This document shows positions 6,380-15,000 of a DNA stretch of 42,815 bases, one piece after another. Origin of the DNA: a virus (lineage: Duplodnaviria; Caudoviricetes). Numbering within the stretch: position 1 is the first letter of the stretch; each line of letters opens with the position of its first letter. Where the stretch lies: positions 1-42,815 of the IMG/VR virus record IMGVR_UViG_3300032243_001325. One strand, written 5' to 3'. A program made the position numbers and the translations under genes. Below the pieces are notes generated by a model that was given only the letters and a program-made list of their open reading frames with translations, made no database searches and had not been told where the DNA came from.

Positions 6380-7111
6380 ATGGCATTTATTAAACACGTA
6401 GGCAAACATGGAGACCGTAAGGTCTGCATCCTGTTCCGTCAGGTACCCGGTGAAGATCACATGTGCTTGTGCATCTATCCAGAAGTGTTACCAGCACACT
6501 GGCAAGACTCAATCCAGAAGGCCTTAGAAAGCGAAGTAGCACAGCAAAGCGAAGAACTTGCTGATGCCCTACACCGTGCTTATCTTCCGGATGGTCGTCC
6601 TGTGCTAGAGACCTTACATCAAGAGCGCATGATCAAGAAGTTGCGTACCAGCGATATCATCGTAACACCAACTCCGGATGCCAAGATTCGTTTAGATGAA
6701 CTCAACAAGATGCTGAACGAAATGAAACAAGGCGAAGCTGCTATCAAGAAGATGGCTGAGAATGATGCCAGCCGTGGCATGGTTGCTCCAGAAGTCAAGC
6801 GCAAAGCCGAAGCTGAGTTCAAGGCCAGTCAAGCTAGTAAAACAGATTCGGTGTTTACTCCACCTCCACTCAAGGCCAGTCAGGATGGCGCCCTTAGCGA
6901 TAGAGACATTGCGGCCAACATGTTGGCACAGGCCAAGGCCATGGAAGTCAATGCTCGTGCCATGGTTGCCGAAGCTGCACGTATGAAGAAAGAAGCTGAA
7001 AAAATGGATCCCACTGTTTCAGCTCGAGCCGTAGCCCCAGTCACTGAATCTGCCGAAGCTCCCAAGCGCCGCGGCCGTCCTGCTAAGGTGGCCGATGCAA
7101 CACACGGATGA
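6380..7111 (+). CDS. Hypothetical protein with coiled coil and C-terminal AT-hook-like KRRGRP
   Basis: 243-aa ORF, AGGAG SD, Ala/Lys/Glu-rich helices, PKRRGRPAK. Confidence 0.85.
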   Translation: MAFIKHVGKHGDRKVCILFRQVPGEDHMCLCIYPEVLPAHWQDSIQKALESEVAQQSEELADALHRAYLPDGRPVLETLHQERMIKKLRTSDIIVTPTPDAKIRLDELNKMLNEMKQGEAAIKKMAENDASRGMVAPEVKRKAEAEFKASQASKTDSVFTPPPLKASQDGALSDRDIAANMLAQAKAMEVNARAMVAEAARMKKEAEKMDPTVSARAVAPVTESAEAPKRRGRPAKVADATHG

Positions 7112-7397
7112 TTTTTTAACCCATTGGGAACGCATTGTTGGAGAAGTAAACAAAACTGATGTTCCCTTAGAATGCATCAAGAAAGTTGTAATTAAGCTGG
7201 ACGAGGGTCGTCAAAAAACCATCAATGTACATACCCTGCTCAAACAGGGTCTGCAAATGGAAGAAGTTGAAAGCATGCTCACAAGATACTTTGCCGAGAA
7301 TGATGCTCACATACGCGATGTAGACTTTGTGGTGGATGTGACAGCAGTGGCCAATCTTGTACAACCCGAAACTGATAAGTTATTAGGCAAACTCTAG
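7095..7397 (+). CDS. Hypothetical protein (100 aa)
   Basis: Overlaps upstream gene and ends in a terminator hairpin. Confidence 0.75.
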   Translation: MQHTDDFLTHWERIVGEVNKTDVPLECIKKVVIKLDEGRQKTINVHTLLKQGLQMEEVESMLTRYFAENDAHIRDVDFVVDVTAVANLVQPETDKLLGKL

Positions 7398-7419
7398 GTC
7401 GCAAGACCCGGAGTTTTTT
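7389..7419 (+). terminator. Rho-independent terminator with GCAA tetraloop
   Basis: AAACTCTAGGTC-GCAA-GACCCGGAGTTT then TTT. Confidence 0.65.
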
Positions 7420-7427
7420 GCTATAGT
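7399..7427 (+). promoter_or_regulatory. Sigma70-type promoter with extended -10
   Basis: TCGCAA-17 bp-TATAGT with TGc; ATG lies 6 nt downstream. Confidence 0.55.
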
Positions 7428-7433
7428 AATAAC

Positions 7434-7790
7434 ATGTTTACAACCATAAACGAACTACACCCCAACAAACGTTCTGAAGAAGCTGATCGGTTATTCCAAG
7501 CACCCGAATCTCAATTGATCAACGGCAAAAGTACGATCATATCTGATGTATCGGTGCATGAGTTTAGCATGGGTGATGTAGAAGATCCAGACCTGTATGC
7601 AGCACAGCCCATGTATGAGTGGCAACAAAGTGAAGCTGGTCAATGGGTCATGGAACACGCTGTTGAAACTCCGTTTTGGCACAGAGTCATCGACAGTCAA
7701 TATTATTTTGGTTATCGGTATCGTATCATAGCCCGTATGAGTGAACCGGACCAGACATACTGGGCATTAAGGTGGGGAAATAATCGATGA
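7434..7790 (+). CDS. Paralog-family protein 10 (118 aa)
   Basis: AGQWVMEHA helix; C-terminus IIARMSEPDQTYWALRWG. Confidence 0.8.
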   Translation: MFTTINELHPNKRSEEADRLFQAPESQLINGKSTIISDVSVHEFSMGDVEDPDLYAAQPMYEWQQSEAGQWVMEHAVETPFWHRVIDSQYYFGYRYRIIARMSEPDQTYWALRWGNNR

Positions 7791-8266
7791 TATTCAATCA
7801 CATACGTAAACTCAAAGAAGATGGTAAGAAAATTGGTATTACCTTTTCGACTTTTGATATGTTGCATGCTGGCCATATTGCCATGTTGGCCGAAGCCAAG
7901 AATCATTGTGATTATTTGATTTGCGGACTACAGACAGATCCCACAATCGATCGTCCTGATACCAAGAACAAGCCGGTACAGAGTATCGTAGAACGACAAA
8001 TCCAACTGGCAGCCTGTCGTTATGTGGACGAAGTTGTTGTTTACCAAACCGAACAAGACCTAGTCGACTTGTTGCTTATACTTCCCTTGGATGTGCGTGT
8101 GTTGGGTGTTGAATATGAACATTCAGAATACACAGGCAAACACGAAGGTATGATGCGTGGTGTTCACCCTATTTTTAACGCTCGTGATCATTCATTCTCT
8201 AGTTCGGGTCTACGGAGTCGTGTAGCTCAGGCCGAAACAGAAAAGTTGTTGCGACAACAGAAGTAG
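7787..8266 (+). CDS. Cytidylyltransferase (glycerol-3-phosphate cytidylyltransferase, TagD-like)
   Basis: FDMLHAGH (HxGH), LICGLQTD, ACRYVDEVV, RDHSFSSSGLR. Confidence 0.88.
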   Translation: MIFNHIRKLKEDGKKIGITFSTFDMLHAGHIAMLAEAKNHCDYLICGLQTDPTIDRPDTKNKPVQSIVERQIQLAACRYVDEVVVYQTEQDLVDLLLILPLDVRVLGVEYEHSEYTGKHEGMMRGVHPIFNARDHSFSSSGLRSRVAQAETEKLLRQQK

Positions 8267-8271
8267 TTGTA

Positions 8272-8532
8272 TTATATCAAATCTTCGGTAGTCGACAAAT
8301 CTTCTACATCATCGATTACCGATTCTATCGCTGATTCTATTATTGAATAAACTATGGTTGCTGGTGCTGACACGATCTTGTTCTGAGATTGTGTGGCCAA
8401 CTTGCGCATTTGCCCGGTCAATTCCGTGTTGGTATGCCAGTGTGGCAAGGCCAGTATGACCACAACCATCAGGGCTACAAGACACGATACTGCTGTTTTC
8501 AAAATATTCTCTTTCTGTTGGTAAGATCGCAC
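8272..8532 (-). CDS. Hypothetical membrane protein (86 aa)
   Basis: TM segment VSCLVALMVVVILAL; acidic tail; convergent with the cytidylyltransferase gene. Confidence 0.55.
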   Translation of the reverse strand: MRSYQQKENILKTAVSCLVALMVVVILALPHWHTNTELTGQMRKLATQSQNKIVSAPATIVYSIIESAIESVIDDVEDLSTTEDLI

Positions 8533-8575
8533 CAGCTCATGTCGAATTGGTGGTTACGATCTTATGTATCTGATT

Positions 8576-8779
8576 TTAAGAATTACCCGTCTTTTTGTTT
8601 GGATTTAGATAGATTTGAAACGGCTCGGGTGTATGATACCGGCCTACTTCTCCCAACGGAGAATAGGTCCAATCCATTGGTAGAATTATTTCTCCTTGTG
8701 CGACAACATCGGGCCTAGACGGAGTAGTGCAGATTGCCAACAAAATCAAACCCAGTATGATCGATACAAGGATGATCAT
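8576..8779 (-). CDS. Hypothetical membrane-anchored protein (67 aa)
   Basis: N-terminal MIILVSIILGLILLAIC; ATGA overlap with upstream gene. Confidence 0.6.
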   Translation of the reverse strand: MIILVSIILGLILLAICTTPSRPDVVAQGEIILPMDWTYSPLGEVGRYHTPEPFQIYLNPNKKTGNS

Positions 8780-9588
8780 GCTGGAATCATTGGGCCTTGA
8801 TTTGGCCTGGCCGCATGATAGTGCTGTTTGAAAAAGGCACTTTCAGGTCCCAGCACGGACAACATGGGCAAGTTTAATTGTTTGTCAAGATCTTCTGCGA
8901 CTCGCCCGGCTAGAATCTCTGGTATGCTGTCTTGTACTGTGGCCCAAATTTTTTCTAACTCTGCTGTGTCTTGTGCGGCATGATAGTCCCATTGCGGTGT
9001 GATCATCATCATGTATGTGCCCATCCTACTTCCGGCTATGCTCCAGATGCCATGGTCTACATCACGTCCTATGTTATGCCATATGGACAACTGATCTCGG
9101 GCTGATTGAGACACACTGTTGACAAAATCGTTGACAACGGGCCTGGATCCTTCCTGTAAACACAATTCAACTCCGGCTCGAAAGCCAGCGACCCAGGCTT
9201 GGAATGCTGATGCATTGTGGTATGCGGTTGAATAGCAGTCGTGCATCTGAGTAAGGTCACCGTTGATCGATCCGCGAGTAGCTAAAATTAATCCATTGTT
9301 TTCTATCAGGCCATTGATGTGATTTCGACTACGCCACTGGCATGTGGTTGAGCTATCGGTTAATTCTAAAGTCTGTTGGAAAAAATTATTATCGGGCACA
9401 GTGTTGTTGGTGACAACGATAAAGTGTTCAGTGTTGCTGGATTTGGCGGCTGTTTGATAGGTATCTGCACGACGGATTCCGGGAATTTGATTTTGAAGAG
9501 TGGACCAGACTTGTTCGTTGGGTGCTTGATTATCTGCTAGATAGACACAATCTAAATCTGCTATATTGACCGATTTCATTGCTGACAT
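8776..9588 (-). CDS. Hypothetical protein, possibly degenerate GT-A glycosyltransferase-like
   Basis: 270-aa ORF with DLDCVYL, SNTEHFIVV, WRSRNHINGL and FQAWVAGFRAGVEL, reminiscent of phage GT-like proteins; no DxD at the expected place. Confidence 0.6.
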   Translation of the reverse strand: MSAMKSVNIADLDCVYLADNQAPNEQVWSTLQNQIPGIRRADTYQTAAKSSNTEHFIVVTNNTVPDNNFFQQTLELTDSSTTCQWRSRNHINGLIENNGLILATRGSINGDLTQMHDCYSTAYHNASAFQAWVAGFRAGVELCLQEGSRPVVNDFVNSVSQSARDQLSIWHNIGRDVDHGIWSIAGSRMGTYMMMITPQWDYHAAQDTAELEKIWATVQDSIPEILAGRVAEDLDKQLNLPMLSVLGPESAFFKQHYHAARPNQGPMIPA

Positions 9589-9873
9589 TTACTCGTCGTT
9601 GCTTTTTTGATTGTTGCGACGCTCTTGTAACGTTAGTTTGTCATCGCCTTTGCGGGCTCGGTTGTGTCGTGGGTTACCACAGAGCGTACAATGTGGCTGA
9701 CCACAATCCATTGCGTGATGTTTAGCAAGACGATGTGGTTGTGCTTCGTCGATGCGTCGACTTGCCTCGCCAAAATGTTTACGTTGTTTAATAATATTCA
9801 GTTGTTTTTTGATTGCTATCCAGGCACGGTGCATGCGTGTTTTATGTTTGATTTTATCTTCATCTCGACTCAT
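9589..9873 (-). CDS. Basic Cys/His-rich (zinc-binding) small protein, start ATG 9873
   Basis: HHAMDCGQPHCTLCGNPR; very Arg/Lys-rich; GGA SD upstream. Confidence 0.75.
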   Translation of the reverse strand: MSRDEDKIKHKTRMHRAWIAIKKQLNIIKQRKHFGEASRRIDEAQPHRLAKHHAMDCGQPHCTLCGNPRHNRARKGDDKLTLQERRNNQKSNDE

Positions 9874-9913
9874 TGTTTTTCCAATAGTTGATAGTGTCAA
9901 TACTTACAGTTTG

Positions 9914-9942
9914 ATTATACTTGAAACAGCGGATAAAGTAAA
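9914..9942 (-). promoter_or_regulatory. Sigma70-type promoter
   Basis: Minus strand TTTACT-17 bp-TATAAT. Confidence 0.6.
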
Positions 9943-9961
9943 GAGCCCCGTGGGCTCTTTT
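9934..9961 (-). terminator. Rho-independent terminator ending the structural operon
   Basis: AAAGAGCCC-3 nt-GGGCTCTTT inverted repeat with T-rich flanks, about 30 nt after the tail-fibre stop. Confidence 0.8.
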
Positions 9962-9993
9962 GGTAATACTTGTTGCATCATTGGACCGATTGA

Positions 9994-11280
9994 TTACTTG
10001 CTTAAATTATCAATCTTGTCGTTTAGTTCTTTGATGGCTTGCACCAACAAAGGAATCATTTTTTCGTAGCGTATGGTCAAGTATTGACTGTCAATTGGTG
10101 CAGGAACCACAACTTCAGGCAAGACCCGTTGGACATCTTGTGCAGATAGACCAACTTCTCTTTGAGCAGTATAGCCCAAGTCTTGTGCAGTTTGGTTAGC
10201 TTCGTAGTAGAATCCAGTCAAGGATGTCACTGCATCCAGGGCATTTTTGATATCACCCAAACGTGTTTTCAATCTGTCATCTGAGTAGTAAGCTGTGACA
10301 TTATTGGTAGCTACAATCTCGCCAGTAACACCTGTAGCAGCAGTGCCAACACCAAGACTAGTAAGTGAAATATTAGCTGCACCAAGACTGAAACTTGGAA
10401 TACTAACTGCACCTGTGATGCCATCAATCATGATTGAATTGGTTGGTGTGCCACCAACATTAACACCAATGTTTAAGTTACCATTGGACGTGGTATTTTT
10501 TAATGTTACTGTTGTACCGCTAACATTGGCATTGAAGTCACTGTTAAGTCCTACTGTCAAACCGCTGTTGTTCTGTACCAATAATGAGCCACTGGTACTG
10601 GTGTTAGCATCGGCTCTCATGAATGAAGTACTACTCAATCCGTTTAAGGCCTGAGAACTAGTAGCAGTGCCCTGGAACAAAGGTACCTGACTACCAATTA
10701 ATGTTGATAAAGTAATACCGGGACGGATTGTAGTAAATCCAGAAATTGCCGGCTGAGGAGTAAATGTAGCGTCTTTGCTAACAATACCTACAATATCATT
10801 TTTTACATACAGTTCAATGACCACATGACTTACGCTTTGATTATCAAGGACTGTGGCCACAATAGCACCAGATGTGCCTTGACCTTGACTAGATTGTGGG
10901 CCAACCAATAACCAGTTGTCACCTGTGTATACATTTAACTGTGCATTTGTGCTGTCATACCATAGGTCACCAGCTACACTAGTACTGGTACTTGGAGCAC
11001 TGGTGCTGGAAGTAGCAGCTGAAACAGATTTCCATGTACTACCTTGATATACCTTGAGCAGACCTGCGCCCGAATCCCACCAAAGTTGACCTGTGAGTGG
11101 AGCACCAGGAGGTGTAGTATTTGATGCATTTTCCAACAGGTGAATAAAGTTGGTATCTAAGAATTGACCGTATCCAGCATAATTTTTACCCACCAGAGTC
11201 ATTGAGCTGGCGGTATTAATGGTACCATCTGCTATGGTAGCAAACAACGCACCATCGGTTAAATTAATTGTATATGACAT
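9994..11280 (-). CDS. Tail fibre protein with C-terminal intramolecular chaperone (peptidase S74-like)
   Basis: LVGKNYAGYG...NFIHLLENA and GQLWWD/GDLWYD repeats; YYSDDRLK...GLSAQDVQRVLPEVV...IRYEKMIPLLVQAIKEL. Confidence 0.85.
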   Translation of the reverse strand: MSYTINLTDGALFATIADGTINTASSMTLVGKNYAGYGQFLDTNFIHLLENASNTTPPGAPLTGQLWWDSGAGLLKVYQGSTWKSVSAATSSTSAPSTSTSVAGDLWYDSTNAQLNVYTGDNWLLVGPQSSQGQGTSGAIVATVLDNQSVSHVVIELYVKNDIVGIVSKDATFTPQPAISGFTTIRPGITLSTLIGSQVPLFQGTATSSQALNGLSSTSFMRADANTSTSGSLLVQNNSGLTVGLNSDFNANVSGTTVTLKNTTSNGNLNIGVNVGGTPTNSIMIDGITGAVSIPSFSLGAANISLTSLGVGTAATGVTGEIVATNNVTAYYSDDRLKTRLGDIKNALDAVTSLTGFYYEANQTAQDLGYTAQREVGLSAQDVQRVLPEVVVPAPIDSQYLTIRYEKMIPLLVQAIKELNDKIDNLSK

Positions 11281-11299
11281 TTATTGTTCCGTATTCATG

Positions 11300-11305
11300 T
11301 ATTTA
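11300..11305 (-). promoter_or_regulatory. Putative late promoter TAAATA
   Basis: GGTAAATAC 19 nt upstream of the tail-fibre ATG. Confidence 0.6.
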
Positions 11306-11327
11306 CCGCATAGTAATATGCTCATAT

Positions 11328-11933
11328 TTATGTTGCACTCAAATTGGTGAGAGTTTGTATTCTCAAAGTATAATCTATCTGTATCTGACGATTTAGACTC
11401 TTTTGCACTGGATGGAAAATAACATGAGTAATCAACAACAAATTGCTAGCCGACCCATTCCAGCATTGTAAACCCAGTTCGTCAAATACATATTCACCGT
11501 TGAAATTGGTTGAATTATCAAAGGCCTGTTGCCCTGCTGGTTCGCCGTAGTCTAACAAACAGGTGGTTATAATATCAGTATAAACTTTGCCTGAGGTGTG
11601 TACTACGGTCATATAATTGTTAGCAGGATCTGAATTGGCAGCCGAATTGTCATCAACTACCTTGCTGTAGGTTTCGTTGTAAAGACTGGCATTTTGACCA
11701 ATGGTATTTGGGGGCAAATAAGTGATAACACCGGTGGGATCTACAGCACTTCCGCCGTTGCCAAAGGCCATTTTATAAATGTAACCGGTATTTCTGTCAG
11801 CCAAGGTATTGGCCATACAGATACTGATATTTTCGTAATGAATTGCATTACGTTTGTCTACCAAGACTTCGCCTGTAGCAGGATCAGTGATCTTGACAAA
11901 ACCTTCAATTTTACATAAGCCGGGCTGAATCAT
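11328..11933 (-). CDS. Baseplate/tail-fibre attachment-type structural protein (201 aa)
   Basis: KMAFGNGG, LDYGEP, VFDELGL, HVIFHPVQKS...IDYTLRI; lies between giant wedge protein and fibre. Confidence 0.7.
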   Translation of the reverse strand: MIQPGLCKIEGFVKITDPATGEVLVDKRNAIHYENISICMANTLADRNTGYIYKMAFGNGGSAVDPTGVITYLPPNTIGQNASLYNETYSKVVDDNSAANSDPANNYMTVVHTSGKVYTDIITTCLLDYGEPAGQQAFDNSTNFNGEYVFDELGLQCWNGSASNLLLITHVIFHPVQKSLNRQIQIDYTLRIQTLTNLSAT

Positions 11934-12079
11934 GCTCGTTTCTCCACAAATACTTGTCGGGTAGCAGGATCAAAAATCTTCACAAAACCCTCGACTGAAA
12001 TGGCTCCAGTTTCGTTGGGTCGTTTAATTGCCGGTGTTGCAACAGGGCTAGGTTGTTGGGGCATGTTATTTTGATTCAT
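11930..12079 (-). CDS. 49-aa protein duplicating the N-terminus of the downstream 201-aa protein
   Basis: MNQNNMPQQPSPVATPAIKRPNETGAISVEGFVKIFDPATRQVFVEKRA; ATGA overlap; TAAATA 4 nt upstream; not in ORF track. Confidence 0.75.
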   Translation of the reverse strand: MNQNNMPQQPSPVATPAIKRPNETGAISVEGFVKIFDPATRQVFVEKRA

Positions 12080-12083
12080 ACAT

Positions 12084-12089
12084 TATTTA
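12084..12089 (-). promoter_or_regulatory. Putative late promoter TAAATA
   Basis: GGTAAATA-atgt-ATG. Confidence 0.6.
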
Positions 12090-12095
12090 CCATGA

Positions 12096-15000
12096 TTATA
12101 AACCCCGCAAAAACCTTGCAGCCGGGGTATTGGTTTCCTGCAAAGGAACTCCATTGCTTGCTGATGGCGGATTTACACCCTGTTCGTACCAGGTCACACC
12201 ACGACGCACCAGGATAGTAACCTCTACACCCTCAGGTGGAGCAGTATCAAATTCAATAGCCACTGGATTATTGGAAGTAAAGACGTAGCCGGTAGTTACT
12301 CGTATTCCGCCTACATAAACTTCCACAGTTTCTTCAATTACGGTGCTGTCTTCAAATTCTGTATTGATGTCCTGGGCGGTAAACACTGTAGTAACGCCAT
12401 CTCCAAGGGTGCTGTTGCTAACGACGTAATTTTGATAGTCTGCTGGCAATAAATTTCCACGTCCCATGTTGTAAACAGTGGCACCAGCGGCGTGCTCCGC
12501 GACGGCTGTACCAGCGGTTCCTCTTAGCAAACCACTGATTGTATTATCGGTAGTGTTACGCACACGATACATGATGCGTTCAGCATCAATAGTTACAACT
12601 CCCCAAATATTATTGGCGAGATCTGGTTCTTGAAGTGCGTTGGCATTGACTACTGATATCACGTCATCAGTAATGGCCACACTGTCTGTGGTTTTGGTTG
12701 TGGTTGATGGAGTAATACGATAAGTTGCTTGTACTCCACGCATGTCTTGGAATATACGGAAAGCCATGGCATCTGGAACAACGCTTTGAGTAAGACTGGT
12801 TATTGCCAACACTGATTGATCTGGAAGCGTTGGTCCTAAAATAACAACCTTGGACCCGTCGACTTCATAGTCTATTCCGTTAAATAACCAATTACCATTT
12901 AATGTAACTAAAAGTCTATTTGGATCAACAATAGGTCTACCGGTATCAAATACGTTTTCTTCTACGACACCGACGGTCAAAGTTGGTCCCACAAATACCT
13001 GTGTGAGTATACCTTGTTCTGCGGTATCATTCCAGGTTATAATTTCGATGATATCACCCAGTTGTGGGCTAAGTCCATTTAATGGCAAGAAGGTCAATTG
13101 ATTGCCAATCACTGAATACTGAGATGCTGTGCTGACTGTAACTAGTATAATTGTTCCTTCCGCAGGAATGGTTCCTAATAATGTAATAGTTCTAGGAGTC
13201 GTGCTGTTGACATAAGGACTGACTACGAAATCGACACCTAAAATTTGAGCTTGATTGTTTAAATAAACTTGTACATCGTTATCGGCAATCAGCGATTGGC
13301 TGTATCCACCGCGATCAGGTAACGCATAGGTAACTGTGGATCCATCAGCAACGTATCTTGCACCCTCGTAAGGGCGAGCTCTCTGACCATTTACAGCAAC
13401 TATCAAGTTAACCGAATTGGTACCTTGTAAACTATTAGTCAAAGTATAGGTCAACTGTGCAGAGTCTGTGACCTGTATGGTTTCAAATACTGGCAAGCTC
13501 CAACTGTAGGTAGTGCCGTTGTAGCCATAACCCAGGGCGGTTAAATTGATACGATTGGTTGCATCATAGATATCGGCGAATGTTATTTTGGTTTTAAGAT
13601 CTCCAAAGGCTGCATAGGTATAATCTGTGCCTTCTTCTAAGGGGATCTCTCCATTGTAAATCACAAACTCATAAATAGAATCTACCGGTGGTGTTGGGCT
13701 GGTACTGGTTGGGAATGGAATAACAATTTCATTCCCATTGATCATTTCAGACCCAAGATATGTGCCGGTCATTAACTGATTTCCACCGCCGGTGCCTGTT
13801 ACATAAACTACCAAGGTGTCACCTGGTACAGCCATGGCTGGATCTACAGTCAATTCATAGTTGGCCCAGTTGTATTCTAAAGGTTCTATTGCTAGTCCTA
13901 GCGTGGCATTAAACAATATCACGACCATAGGAGATTGTAATATGCTCTCAAAATTTAACACAGGATTGTCAGGATCAAACACATAACGACGACTACCGGT
14001 AGGGAATCCATGTCCTAGACCACGCCAGTCAGATCCTGGAGTGGTATAAACTCTAAAATCCAAGGTGTCAAATTCGCTACCAGGAATCAGCTCTTCTGGA
14101 GCATAACTACTGTACACATCTATATAGCCGCCACCATCTACATTGATATCTGTAGGTCTTGTTCCTAAATATGTGTCTGAGTATTCGCTAGAGTAAAGAG
14201 CATCGAGTTGATTTGAATCATATGGCACAGCATAATTGGTTGCAACAACTTGAACTCCGGGATATTCAACACCATCAATCAACAGAGGCAAACTGAGTCC
14301 TGGCATGTTTGCTGTAGGTGTATAGAATCCCATGGTACGATCCACACCACTCAGTGAGTCAGCAGGAACCAGCGTCCACTGTGTGACATTAAATGTTGCG
14401 GTAGATTGTGTAATATTGGATGACCATGCACGATCTTTCCAACGTACTAGATCTCCCTCGGCATAGACCACATTGGCCTGCCATTCGTGGATGGTGCTAA
14501 CGTATTCGTAACGATCGTATTTGATTGTGGTTCGAATTGAACGCACAAGACCGTTGCCCATTTGCGCTGTAGCCACAGCACCCGATCCACCGCCGCCGGT
14601 GATGGTAATTATGGCAGTGGTACTGTAGCCAACTCCGGGATTGTCGATAGTGATAGCTGTCACTTGTCCTGCGCTGTTTATAACTGCGGTCATTTGAGCT
14701 GGGGAAACACAAGTCCCAGTTACAACAACATCGGGTGCCTCAGTGTAGCCACTGCCGCGATTGACCACTGTGACTGTTTGGATACTCAATAGATAATTGT
14801 TATACCAATCACTCCAGGGTCTTTCTAGCCAAATTTGTGCGTCGGCAGAAACATCACTTGCAAATGACTGCGCAACGCTGTCAGAATAGGTGTAGGGAGT
14901 TAATATTGGACTTACAAACTGCGGAATATCCAAAGCTGTATTCCAATAAGCCGGTACATCGTAGTCGGTTAAATCACCTGCGTAGGCGTCTAAACCATCA

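Noticed and set aside
8389-8718. 109-aa plus-strand ORF
   Set aside because: Overlaps two minus-strand membrane ORFs that continue a coupled operon; no start signals.
8576-8779. Lipoprotein/spanin or holin call for the small membrane ORFs
   Set aside because: LAIC is a poor lipobox, there is no basic N-region, and no endolysin is nearby.
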